DNA from: a virus
Lineage: Duplodnaviria > Caudoviricetes
IMG/VR virus record: IMGVR_UViG_3300027819_000012
Span: 1 to 63,769 of that record
Strand: one strand, 5' to 3'
DNA length: 63,769 nt
Translations under genes and position numbers: made by a program
The notes under the pieces: model-generated
What the model was told of the DNA's origin: nothing
What the model saw: only the letters and a program-made list of their open reading frames with translations
Databases searched by the model: none
In this document: piece after piece, positions 38,570-47,140 of the stretch
Layout: each line of letters begins with the position of its first letter
How positions within the stretch are numbered: position 1 is the first letter of the stretch

Positions 38570-39007
38570 TCAGGTCACGCTGAAGCCGGACGCGTAGGCT
38601 TTGCGATCTTCGACATCCTTGACCACGTAAGCTGTGAAGCTGCCGGCCGTGAGCGGGCCGGTGCCGACCGTGTACTGGATGCCGACGTAGCGCTGACCGT
38701 TGCCGCCAATTGAAGGCGGAATCGGCAGCACGAGCCGCGTACCGACTGTGAGCGAGGCCTTCGGGATCGCATCGGTCTGCCCGATGATGGTCGGGCTCGA
38801 CAGATCAGCGTTGGCCGAGGTCACGAGCTGGAAATTGACCGTTGCCGCACCCGCCGCCGTAGCGGCTACGTCCACGCTGATGTGGACTTTCAGATCCTCG
38901 CCGGTTCCGATATCGCGAGCGACACCCAAGTCGATCGTGTTGGTCGAAAACGCCGTGACCGTGACTGCCTGCGCGGCCGACAGTTTCAAGTTTGCATCGG
39001 TGATCAT
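38570..39007 (-). CDS. Capsid cement/decoration protein (Bbp16-like)
   Basis: MITDANLKLSAAQAVTVTAFSTNTIDLG...RYVGIQYTV. Confidence 0.85.
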   Translation of the reverse strand: MITDANLKLSAAQAVTVTAFSTNTIDLGVARDIGTGEDLKVHISVDVAATAAGAATVNFQLVTSANADLSSPTIIGQTDAIPKASLTVGTRLVLPIPPSIGGNGQRYVGIQYTVGTGPLTAGSFTAYVVKDVEDRKAYASGFSVT

Positions 39008-39020
39008 GTTCGGATTCCTT

Positions 39021-40040
39021 TTAGGACACGACGGTTTCGGCGTTGGTGATCTGATCCACCTTGCGCAGCGGCACGCCGAGGAACGACAGCCACGACATCG
39101 GCTGGCCGAACTGGCTCAGGCCTTCCTTGATGGCGAGCATGTTCTGCGACTTGTCCATGGCGGCGAGCGCGAGGCCGGAGTGCACCGTGCGATTCATGTA
39201 GAACGCCATGCGCCCCATGCCGGGCGCCGGAATGCGATACAGCGCGCGCGCCATCAGCTTGATCAACGCCGTCGCCGCGGTAGATGCCTGCGTGGTCGCT
39301 TGCGCGATCAGATCCGACACGTCGATGTTGGGAATGCGCACGACGTAGCGCCAGTCCTTCACTACCAGGCCGTTTTTCCACTGGTAATGAGTCTGGAACG
39401 CCTGGTAGGGGTTGTTGCTGCCGTCGTAGACCGTGAGCTGGCCCTGATCCTCGTGCAACAGGCCGGCCTTCGAGCCCTTCGGGAAGGGGCAGAACACCGT
39501 CTGCTCGCCCCAGCACACCAGCCACACCGAGGTGTTGTCCGCGCCCGATCCGCCCGCGCTGATGATGTTCTGCGCGTTGCCCGCGGACAGGCTCGAATAG
39601 CGCGTGGCGAGGCCGGTGAAGGTCTTGTTGTCCGTGGCCACATTGCCGTAGAACAGCGTCTGTGCCATGGTCTGGTTCATCGCTTCGAGGAACGCGGTGT
39701 CTTCGGACAGGCGGAACTGTGCCGTGTTGCCGTTCAGCTCGGCCAGGTCCTTGTCCACGCGGCAGTAGGCCTCGAGCATGCCGCAGCTCTCGTCGACTTG
39801 CGCCGTGGTGGACTTGCTGGAGGGCACGCCAGCGTTGAGCTGGCGCCAGTAGACGGTCGGCAAGCCGGTGCGGACGGTGACGCGGTGCCCGGTGGGGAGA
39901 TTCCCCTCCATGAACACGGCGTCGTCCAAGATCTCGTTGGTCTGCGACAGCAGCTCGGCCACGACGGGCACTTTGCCGTCGGGGTCGAGCCGCTTGGCCC
40001 AGTCGGCCAAGGTAAGAGCAGTAGTAGAAAGCGTTGCCAT
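39021..40040 (-). CDS. Major capsid protein (Bbp17-like)
   Basis: LTLADWAKRLDPDG...ELLSQTNEILDD...DWRYVVRIPNIDVS. Confidence 0.92.
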   Translation of the reverse strand: MATLSTTALTLADWAKRLDPDGKVPVVAELLSQTNEILDDAVFMEGNLPTGHRVTVRTGLPTVYWRQLNAGVPSSKSTTAQVDESCGMLEAYCRVDKDLAELNGNTAQFRLSEDTAFLEAMNQTMAQTLFYGNVATDNKTFTGLATRYSSLSAGNAQNIISAGGSGADNTSVWLVCWGEQTVFCPFPKGSKAGLLHEDQGQLTVYDGSNNPYQAFQTHYQWKNGLVVKDWRYVVRIPNIDVSDLIAQATTQASTAATALIKLMARALYRIPAPGMGRMAFYMNRTVHSGLALAAMDKSQNMLAIKEGLSQFGQPMSWLSFLGVPLRKVDQITNAETVVS

Positions 40041-40052
40041 GGTATCGATCCT

Positions 40053-40697
40053 TTACGCTGATTGATTCGGGTAGAGGGCCTTCGCGGAATCGCGCGGCCC
40101 CTTCGGGTCACCCGTGCCGCCGGGCACGAAGCGATCCTCGCTAATTGCCTTGCCGGCCCGGTAGAACACCCGAATAACCTCCGGGTGATTGCCCAGTCCG
40201 GAATCGTTCAACAGCTTGCGCAGCTCCGGCGTGCCGAAGGCGTCCATGGCTTTCTTGGCGATGGCCACGTTCTGCTCCAGATTGGCCCCGCCGAATTCCT
40301 TGTCCGTCTTGGCCGATGCCTGCCATTCGGCGCTCGTCCGATACAGCGACTCGGTTTGCGCTTGCGCGCGCTTCACGTCCAGGTCGACGATTCGCTGCGC
40401 CTGCTCCTGGGTGAGGTTCAACTCCTTTGCGAGCGACTTGAACTCGGTTCCCAGCTCGCCGGCCATCGTGTAGCCTTCCGGGACGGTGAAGTCCGTGTAC
40501 TGCTCGGGCGCAGCTTTCGCCTCGTCCGCTTTCGGCGCTTCTCCCTTTGCGGGATCAGCGGCTGGCGCGTCCGTGGTTGCGGCTTGCGTCTGCTGCTGGC
40601 TGTCTTCTGCAGGCGCAGTGCCTGCTCCAACAGCCGGTTGCTGTGCGGCGGGGGCAGTGTCAGTTTGACCCGTTGTCGTCAGCGTTTCGTTTGCCAT
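40053..40697 (-). CDS. Capsid scaffolding protein
   Basis: APEQYTDFTVPEG...GLGNHPEVIR...ISED. Confidence 0.8.
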   Translation of the reverse strand: MANETLTTTGQTDTAPAAQQPAVGAGTAPAEDSQQQTQAATTDAPAADPAKGEAPKADEAKAAPEQYTDFTVPEGYTMAGELGTEFKSLAKELNLTQEQAQRIVDLDVKRAQAQTESLYRTSAEWQASAKTDKEFGGANLEQNVAIAKKAMDAFGTPELRKLLNDSGLGNHPEVIRVFYRAGKAISEDRFVPGGTGDPKGPRDSAKALYPNQSA

Positions 40698-41004
40698 ACT
40701 CTCGTTGCTCCTGCACCATGCTGGTGTAATGCTCCGGACACGTTTCGTTGACCTGAGCCATCAGCAGCAGACCGACGTTCCGCATCCCCTCGCGGAAGAA
40801 GGTTTCCGAGTTCCCGGTGAAGGAAGATCGGAATACCCCCGTCCGCTCCAGGAGCCGCCACACAATCCGGCGGCCCCGCTTGCTGCCCATCAACCACTTC
40901 AAATCTTCGGCTTCAATCTGCTGCGCGAGCTTCGTGCGTTCGTCGGTCTCTTGCTTCGTGCGCTCTTGACCACGCAGATCGAAGGGATCATGACCTTGGC
41001 TCAT
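40660..41004 (-). CDS. Bbp19-like hypothetical protein
   Basis: DLKWLMGSKRGRRIVWRLL...FFREGMRNVGL. Confidence 0.8.
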   Translation of the reverse strand: MSQGHDPFDLRGQERTKQETDERTKLAQQIEAEDLKWLMGSKRGRRIVWRLLERTGVFRSSFTGNSETFFREGMRNVGLLLMAQVNETCPEHYTSMVQEQREYGKRNADDNGSN

Positions 41005-41070
41005 ACCCTACGCCCGAGTTTCCGAGGTAAGCGGACCGACTATGCACCCGGGCCCCGGAGGTAAGCGCAC
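41005..41070 (-). promoter_or_regulatory. Two tandem putative late promoters CGCTTACC-N15-(CATAGT/TAGGGT)
   Basis: Copies at 41005-41033 and 41039-41067. Confidence 0.7.
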
Positions 41071-41074
41071 CGGC

Positions 41075-41392
41075 TTACGATCCATAGAGCGCCGCGGCCT
41101 TGTCGCCCGCGTTCTGGGCGCCCGATACCGCCATATCGGTGATCTGCCAGCAGGAGCTGGTTTCGGGTTCCCCGCCCTGCGTCTGATATGCGCTCGCACT
41201 GACGACCGTCACCTTGGCCGTAATCGTCAGGCCGGTGCCTACGGCCGGGGGTTGAGTGATGCCCAGCTTGGCGAGCGCCTTGTCGTCGAGCCGCAGCTCA
41301 AGCCCGTAGGGGTACTCGGGTGCATCCTTGGCGGCCGGTTGCGTCGCTTCTTTCGCCTCTTCGGCGTCCATCTTCATGCTGACCATCGCCAT
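41075..41392 (-). CDS. Small head-associated protein
   Basis: EYPYGLELRLDD...QITDM, 105 aa after portal. Confidence 0.7.
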   Translation of the reverse strand: MAMVSMKMDAEEAKEATQPAAKDAPEYPYGLELRLDDKALAKLGITQPPAVGTGLTITAKVTVVSASAYQTQGGEPETSSCWQITDMAVSGAQNAGDKAAALYGS

Positions 41393-41393
41393 T

Positions 41394-43067
41394 TCAGGCT
41401 CCTTGAGGTGTGGTGTAGCCGCTGAACATATCGATCACATCGCGCAGCCCGCTCGGATCGATCTGCGAGACGTTCTTCGCCGTCTGGGCTGCCTGCGGTG
41501 CAGCAGCAGCCTGTTGCGCTTGCGCCTGCGCCTGGGCGCGTGCCTTGCGAATCAGCGCTACCTTGTCGTTCGGGACGACGAGCTCGGGATCTACGCCCAG
41601 CATGTCGGAGTACGCATCGGCCCAGTGATCCGCGTCGAGTTTGTCGAGTACCTCGGGCTTCACTTGGGCCACCTGGCCGAGCGTGCCGACGAACCGATCC
41701 ACGGAATTAGTGCCCACGGCCTGCTGCGCCTGAGCAAGCATCGATACGAATTCGACATTGAGGTTTTGCCCCTGCAGATCGGGCGGCGGCGGGGGGACGA
41801 TGCCGGCGGCGAGCATCCGCTCGAAGGTGATCTCCACCATCGGATCGAGCATCTCGTTGTGCAGGCGCTCGAGCACGGGCCCCAGCATCAGGAGCTTCTC
41901 CTCGTGGCGTTCGGCAACTTCGGTAGCTGTCATGCGCGCGTCGGTCTGGTTCGCCAGCATCAGGAAGAGGTCCGCGTAGAACGCCCCCTTGATGCGCTCG
42001 CGCACGTCCTGAATATCAGCCAACAGATGGTTTAGGTCCAGGCGCACGTCGAACTGCGTGCGTATCCCGGCATTCGGGCCGGACACGTCCACGAAGGTAA
42101 CGCCACCCGGCAGACTGTCCACGTCGCGATTCTTCAGTGCCGTGGGCACTTGCAGCGGGGGCTTGGTCATGTAGTCGATGCCCTGCGCCTTGCGCAGTTG
42201 CTCCTGCTGGAGCTGCTTGATGTCCCCCAGCGCCTCCATGCCGGGCGAGTTGCCGTAGATGTCCCCGCCCGCCGTCGCCCAGCGCGGGCAGATCGCGGGG
42301 AACTGATCGAACCCCGACTCGCGCAGAAACTTATCGGGCTCGCCGCCGATCTCGAAATAGACGGACTTCCAGGCCATGTTCTTACCGTCCCGCTTGGTCG
42401 AGTCTCGATCGGTGCGCGGCTCGATCGCATGAATCAGCGTGACCCACTGATCGAGCGAGCCCCGATCGTGCAGGTTTTTGATCGCCGGGCTCACCTTGTC
42501 AACGCCGAACTCGGCGACGATCTCAGCGACCGTCTTCTGGAATTCGCGATAGAGCGTGGTGACTTCCCCCCGGTAGTTGGTGGCGATGCAGTATTCACCC
42601 GTGGTGATGGGGTAGTGATGGATGACGTTGCCGAAGTCGGCGAGGATCACCGAGGACGCCGTGCCGAATGCGCCCAGCTCCTCGTACATCGAGTGCAGCG
42701 CGCGATAAGTGTTGCTGCGCGCGAAGATGTCGCGCATCAGCATCGTCGTCTGGTTCAACCACTGCTTGACCGGACCGAACTTAGCGAGCTCGGGGTCCGC
42801 CGTGGAGAGACGAAACCACGGCCGCGCCGGGCTCGTCATGCCGGACATCATCCCCGCGGCGAGCACGCGCAGCGCGCGCGTGCCGGTGGAATCGTAGATG
42901 TTGTTGTGCCGGCGCTCGCCCTTGTTCCGGTCCTGAACGAAGAACCGGCCCGAACGCGGCAGCAAGTAGCTGGAAAGCTCCTGCCAGTGGGCGAACCACG
43001 AGGCGCGCTCGGACTTGAGCTGCCCCCAGCGCGTGTAGAGCCTGTCGCGTTTGGGCACTTCGGCCAT
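41394..43067 (-). CDS. Portal (head-tail connector)
   Basis: IYDSTG, GMTSPARPWF and MTATEVAERHEEK motifs. Confidence 0.93.
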   Translation of the reverse strand: MAEVPKRDRLYTRWGQLKSERASWFAHWQELSSYLLPRSGRFFVQDRNKGERRHNNIYDSTGTRALRVLAAGMMSGMTSPARPWFRLSTADPELAKFGPVKQWLNQTTMLMRDIFARSNTYRALHSMYEELGAFGTASSVILADFGNVIHHYPITTGEYCIATNYRGEVTTLYREFQKTVAEIVAEFGVDKVSPAIKNLHDRGSLDQWVTLIHAIEPRTDRDSTKRDGKNMAWKSVYFEIGGEPDKFLRESGFDQFPAICPRWATAGGDIYGNSPGMEALGDIKQLQQEQLRKAQGIDYMTKPPLQVPTALKNRDVDSLPGGVTFVDVSGPNAGIRTQFDVRLDLNHLLADIQDVRERIKGAFYADLFLMLANQTDARMTATEVAERHEEKLLMLGPVLERLHNEMLDPMVEITFERMLAAGIVPPPPPDLQGQNLNVEFVSMLAQAQQAVGTNSVDRFVGTLGQVAQVKPEVLDKLDADHWADAYSDMLGVDPELVVPNDKVALIRKARAQAQAQAQQAAAAPQAAQTAKNVSQIDPSGLRDVIDMFSGYTTPQGA

Positions 43068-43702
43068 TACGCCCCCAGCAGCGTGTTCTTGCCGAGCAGG
43101 AGCTGGCTCAGATCAACGCCCGAGGGACCGGTCAGCATGGTGCCTGACTGCCCGCCCTTCGCGCGCTGCTGGTTGGCCGCATTCATCGCCGCGGTGTCGG
43201 GTTGCTTCTGGTTTGCCCGGTTGATCTGCTCCATCTGCTGCGTATAGAGCTTGTTCGCTGCATCGATCTGCGCCTTCAACGCGGACGCCTGGATGCTGGC
43301 TGCCTTGTTGGCTGCCGCGAGCTGCGCGGCCGAGGATGATTTCGTCTGGTCAAGCGTCTTCTGGCCGAGCATGAGCTGCTGGGTGTAGGCGTCTTGCTGC
43401 TGCTTGAGCGTCTGCTGCGCGGTCAGGAGCTGGTTCTCGTAAGCAGTCTTCTGCTGCGCGAGCGTCTGCTGCGCGATCGAGAGCTGGCTCTCGTAAGCGG
43501 TTTTCTGCTGCGCGAGCGAGTCCTGCGCCACCTTGAGTTGATCCGCCTGCCCCTGCTGCTGCAGGGTGAGCGCTTTGTCCGCCTCGGACTGCTGCTGAGT
43601 CATCGCGTCCTGCTGGAGCTGTGCAGCTTTGTCAGCGGCCTTGGATTGTTCGCTGGAGGCATACAAGCTCGAAACGATAATGGCGCCGGCAACCCACCCC
43701 AT
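43067..43702 (-). CDS. Virion/ejection-associated protein with 18-aa Gln-rich repeats
   Basis: MGWVAGAII...; C-terminal TMLTGPSGV...GKNTLLGA; QQTLAQQKTAYExQL repeats. Confidence 0.75.
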   Translation of the reverse strand: MGWVAGAIIVSSLYASSEQSKAADKAAQLQQDAMTQQQSEADKALTLQQQGQADQLKVAQDSLAQQKTAYESQLSIAQQTLAQQKTAYENQLLTAQQTLKQQQDAYTQQLMLGQKTLDQTKSSSAAQLAAANKAASIQASALKAQIDAANKLYTQQMEQINRANQKQPDTAAMNAANQQRAKGGQSGTMLTGPSGVDLSQLLLGKNTLLGA

Positions 43703-43704
43703 GA

Positions 43705-44157
43705 TCAAACCTCCTTGCTGAAGAGCACGTCCTGCACGCCGTAGCCGAGGCGAGGGAGCAATCTTTCCAGCGACGTATCCTGCTTGGCGTGCCAAACCAT
43801 CATGCGAGCACCTCGCGCCTTCGCGCGTTGCTCAGTTTCCTTGATGAGCCGTAGCCCCAAGCGCCCCTTGCGATGCGCAGGAGCGAGAAAGAGCACGTCG
43901 TTTTCCGCGTAGACCAGATCCGCGTAGTGCAAGTGGTGGCCGATGAAATTGACTGAATACGCGACCATCTTGTCGTTCTCGTCAAACGCGCCGATGGTAA
44001 GCAACGCGCCGGCTTGCTCGAGCAGGCGATAGCGCTCAGCATCTGGCTTCAGCACCACGAGCTGCTTGTTCCGGGCGATCTCATCCCAATGAGCCGCGAG
44101 TAGCGCGCCCATCCTCGGGAGCTCTTCCGTCAGCGAGAACTCTTCGATTCGCATCAT
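43705..44157 (-). CDS. GNAT family acetyltransferase
   Basis: NDVLFLAPAHRKGRLGLRLIKETEQRAKARG. Confidence 0.85.
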   Translation of the reverse strand: MMRIEEFSLTEELPRMGALLAAHWDEIARNKQLVVLKPDAERYRLLEQAGALLTIGAFDENDKMVAYSVNFIGHHLHYADLVYAENDVLFLAPAHRKGRLGLRLIKETEQRAKARGARMMVWHAKQDTSLERLLPRLGYGVQDVLFSKEV

Positions 44158-45668
44158 CGGATCCTCTCGAAGGGATCGTATTCCCGGCGCGTCGACGCCC
44201 CGGCAAGCACATGGCCCCGCTTGGGCGTATCGATCAGCGCAAGGATGTAGGCGCTCGCCCAGTCGGGCGAGCGGCCGATGCGCTTGACGATCTCATCGCG
44301 CCCCTCCACCAGGATCGCGCTGCCGGCGAGCGTCCAGGTGGGCGCACACAGATCAGCGAGTAGCTGCGCGCTGGGCGGCAGCGCGAGGCCTGTGTTGCTG
44401 GTCGGATCGAGCGCCTCGCGAAACTTCCACCAGTATTCACTGCGCTGGTTGTAGAAGCGCAGACGGCCTGACTTGTCGGTGGCGAGCGATTTTTCCGCGA
44501 CATTGACCCCAAGTACCTGCTGGTTCGCGTTGTTCAGGAAATCGTAAGGCGATGCACCGATGCCGATCACGTCGATATGGATCGGCGCGCTGTCACGCAT
44601 CGCCGCGATCGTGAGCCCCGCAACGGATGGCCCGTCCGGCGTCTGCGCGCCGGGATACACGATCGGCTCGTCGAACCACATGCCGTGACGGCGTGCGATG
44701 ATCGTGTTGTCGCGCCCGCCACGCGCCACGTCCACGCCGATACTGTCCATAGTCGGCAGCTTGTCGGGGCGCTTCCAGCGGCGTTGCGCTGCCTCAACCC
44801 ACGCAGTGGGAACCACTTGCCACGGGTCATCCTCAACACCCGCCTGAAAATCTCCGTTGAGCATCTGCGAACGCAGCGGCTCAGGCAGAGACTGGAGCTG
44901 CGCCATGTAGCCGGTACCGGTGAGGTACGGGTTGTCGGACACGCGCGCGGGGATGAACGTACGCGAGAGCGGCGTGATCGTCTCACCTTTGTGCTCGAAG
45001 GACGCACCGCTTGCAACTTCCAGCTCCTTGCCATCGATCGTCGCGAACCAGCGCAACTCGCCCGGCTTCGCGGGCCGCGGATGCTTCCGATCGAGCCAGG
45101 GCGCAAAGAACTCGACGACCCAGCGACCCTCGGCGTTCGTCGGTGGATTGAACGTGAGCAACGCTTGGCAGCGCTGCCCGGGCGTCGTCGTGCGCAACCA
45201 GCCGAGCAGAAAGCGCACTTGCGATTCAAGGAAGTTGGCCGCCTCGTCGAATACCAGCAGATCATGCGGACGGCCCTGATATTTTGCTTCGTCGCCCAAG
45301 TTGGGCACCGAACCGAACTCGATCTGCGCACGCGGCAGGCGCCAGATACGCTCCTGCCCGTTGTAGCCGTCACGTCCGCGCAGTAATTCCGTGAGCCGAT
45401 CGATGATGCCGGTGAGCTGCGTCGCTTCACGACGCAGGATCATCACGCGCTGGTGCTGCGTCAACGCCTTGCCGCACGCGAGGTCCGTTTTACCCCCACC
45501 CGCGGCGCCCCCGTAGCCAACCACGTCGGCCGTCGAGTAGTACGCCATTGCCTGAGGCGCGCTGATCGGTCGCCAGATCGCCTTGTCGCGCGCGAGTAGC
45601 CGGTCGACTTCGGCACGCTCCTCGCGAGTGAGATAGGGCAGCACGTCGAGGATGTCGGCCGCGTTCAC
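44154..45668 (-). CDS. terL: Terminase large subunit
   Basis: GGAAGGGKT, LLVFDE, GVDVARGG and RSPD motifs. Confidence 0.93.
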   Translation of the reverse strand: MNAADILDVLPYLTREERAEVDRLLARDKAIWRPISAPQAMAYYSTADVVGYGGAAGGGKTDLACGKALTQHQRVMILRREATQLTGIIDRLTELLRGRDGYNGQERIWRLPRAQIEFGSVPNLGDEAKYQGRPHDLLVFDEAANFLESQVRFLLGWLRTTTPGQRCQALLTFNPPTNAEGRWVVEFFAPWLDRKHPRPAKPGELRWFATIDGKELEVASGASFEHKGETITPLSRTFIPARVSDNPYLTGTGYMAQLQSLPEPLRSQMLNGDFQAGVEDDPWQVVPTAWVEAAQRRWKRPDKLPTMDSIGVDVARGGRDNTIIARRHGMWFDEPIVYPGAQTPDGPSVAGLTIAAMRDSAPIHIDVIGIGASPYDFLNNANQQVLGVNVAEKSLATDKSGRLRFYNQRSEYWWKFREALDPTSNTGLALPPSAQLLADLCAPTWTLAGSAILVEGRDEIVKRIGRSPDWASAYILALIDTPKRGHVLAGASTRREYDPFERIR

Positions 45669-46117
45669 AGCAGATCCTCAACTTGACGCGCCTTCGCCGC
45701 AGCGATGATGCCGGCGAGCTTCGCGGCCGTGTCGGTGTCGCTCAGGTGTACCGGGCCGCCGTTCGCGCCGGTCAACTCCATGCGGCTGAGCTCGCGGTAC
45801 TTCTCAGGCTTCGCGCCTTTGAGCAGAAAAATCAGCAGCGTGGAGTCATACTTGCGCACTGTATCGGTGGCAACGCCCAGGTGGAACACGGGTTCCTCCC
45901 ACCCCTCGTGCGCGCGGCGCACAGCCTCGTCCTCCAGCGCCTCCGCGCCGAGGGCCTTGGCCTCCTCCCATCGCTTGGCGAACTCGGGGTCAGCAGCGCG
46001 CCAGTCGTACGCCGTCGCGCGCCCCATACCCGCGGCTTCGCACGCACGAGTAACGCTGCACGTTGCCGCGAGCGCGGCGAGAAACGCGATTTGCTTTTCG
46101 GGTGTCCGGTTATCCAC
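45665..46117 (-). CDS. terS: Terminase small subunit
   Basis: HTH then LEDEAVRRA...YDSTLLIFLLKGAKPEKYRE. Confidence 0.85.
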   Translation of the reverse strand: MDNRTPEKQIAFLAALAATCSVTRACEAAGMGRATAYDWRAADPEFAKRWEEAKALGAEALEDEAVRRAHEGWEEPVFHLGVATDTVRKYDSTLLIFLLKGAKPEKYRELSRMELTGANGGPVHLSDTDTAAKLAGIIAAAKARQVEDLL

Positions 46118-46123
46118 CCGAGC

Positions 46124-46155
46124 AGCGTAGCGCCCTACTTGCCGGGTAAGCGGAC
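46124..46155 (-). promoter_or_regulatory. Putative late promoter CGCTTACC-N15-TACGCT (leaderless terS)
   Basis: -10 ends 6 nt before GTG 46117; no SD. Confidence 0.7.
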
Positions 46156-46449
46156 TGACCGATGTCCGGTCACCGTTTGTGCGCGGCGCCGGCCGACGTA
46201 GATATCCTGAATCAACGAGCGACTGACCTCAAAGCGCCTGGCAATCCCCCGCACATCCATCTCCAGCCACGAGAGCGCGCGGCGGATCACCAGGCGCCGA
46301 TAGCCCAGCCCCACAAGCACGGCCACGAATGCATCCCGTTCATCCAGCGCGTCGCGGATCAGATCCACGTCGTGGTCCGTCAGTTTGGCCCGGGGATGAT
46401 CCTCGCCCACCCGCAGGCCGTTGGCGTTAATCGCAAAAAATCGCTTCAT
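46135..46449 (-). CDS. HTH protein, candidate late transcription activator
   Basis: GEDHPRAKLT...GIARRFEVSRSLIQDI HTH; last gene before the late region. Confidence 0.65.
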   Translation of the reverse strand: MKRFFAINANGLRVGEDHPRAKLTDHDVDLIRDALDERDAFVAVLVGLGYRRLVIRRALSWLEMDVRGIARRFEVSRSLIQDIYVGRRRAQTVTGHRSVRLPGK

Positions 46450-46470
46450 TGAATGCGTAATTTTTTGCGG

Positions 46471-46570
46471 GCGACGTTTCCGACGTTTCCGACGCTATTT
46501 CTATAAACTTTCCACGTATACGCGTATAGAAAGTTATGGGAAAATGGGGTAGAAACGTCGGAAACGTCGC
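46471..46570. repeat. 100-bp imperfect palindrome with 9-bp iterons; candidate replication origin
   Basis: GCGACGTTTCCGACGTTTC...GAAACGTCGGAAACGTCGC with AT-rich inner inverted repeat; downstream of primase. Confidence 0.7.
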
Positions 46571-46638
46571 CGCTACTTGCAGCGTTTTGCAAGTTGGGGC
46601 TAGTATTCATTGCGCACTCTTCATTACGGGCGCACAAA

Positions 46639-46950
46639 ATGCGATTCAGCAAAACACTGCTTGCAACCGTTCTCACATTTCTGCTCACCGGATGCCAAGC
46701 GATCGTTTATGGCACCGCCAGCGATTTCGAAAAAGTTGGAGTGGGCATGACCAAGGATCAGGTGATCGCCGTTCTTGGAGCCCCAGTATCGGTAGGCGCT
46801 GATGCGGACAAGAGGGAGGAGTACCTGATCTACAAGCGCATGAAGCACGCTATTTCTGAGTGGCCCCGCACCTACCAGGTGACACTGCGCGACGGCCACG
46901 TAGTGCGTTACGGCGAGCAGTACTATGAATCGAACATCAACAACTTCTGA
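46639..46950 (+). CDS. Moron lipoprotein, SmpA/BamE-like
   Basis: Lipobox LTGC; VGMTKDQVIAVLGAP motif. Confidence 0.8.
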   Translation: MRFSKTLLATVLTFLLTGCQAIVYGTASDFEKVGVGMTKDQVIAVLGAPVSVGADADKREEYLIYKRMKHAISEWPRTYQVTLRDGHVVRYGEQYYESNINNF

Positions 46951-47140
46951 TCGCGCGCGCCGGTTGTTCATCGTTTCACTTGCCGCAGCGCTGTTGGCGT
47001 ATGAGCGTGTCGAACCACCACCACCACCCAGCACCTCTACTTACGATGCCGTGCGGGCAGTCATTGGCGCGGACAAGCATCGTGTTAGCAAGGAGCCTTC
47101 CGAACCGCAACGCGCGCCCGCTAAAGCTGTTGCAATTTGA
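46925..47140 (+). CDS. Possible small membrane protein
   Basis: 71 aa, hydrophobic stretch plus poly-Pro; overlaps both neighbours. Confidence 0.3.
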   Translation: MNRTSTTSDRARRLFIVSLAAALLAYERVEPPPPPSTSTYDAVRAVIGADKHRVSKEPSEPQRAPAKAVAI

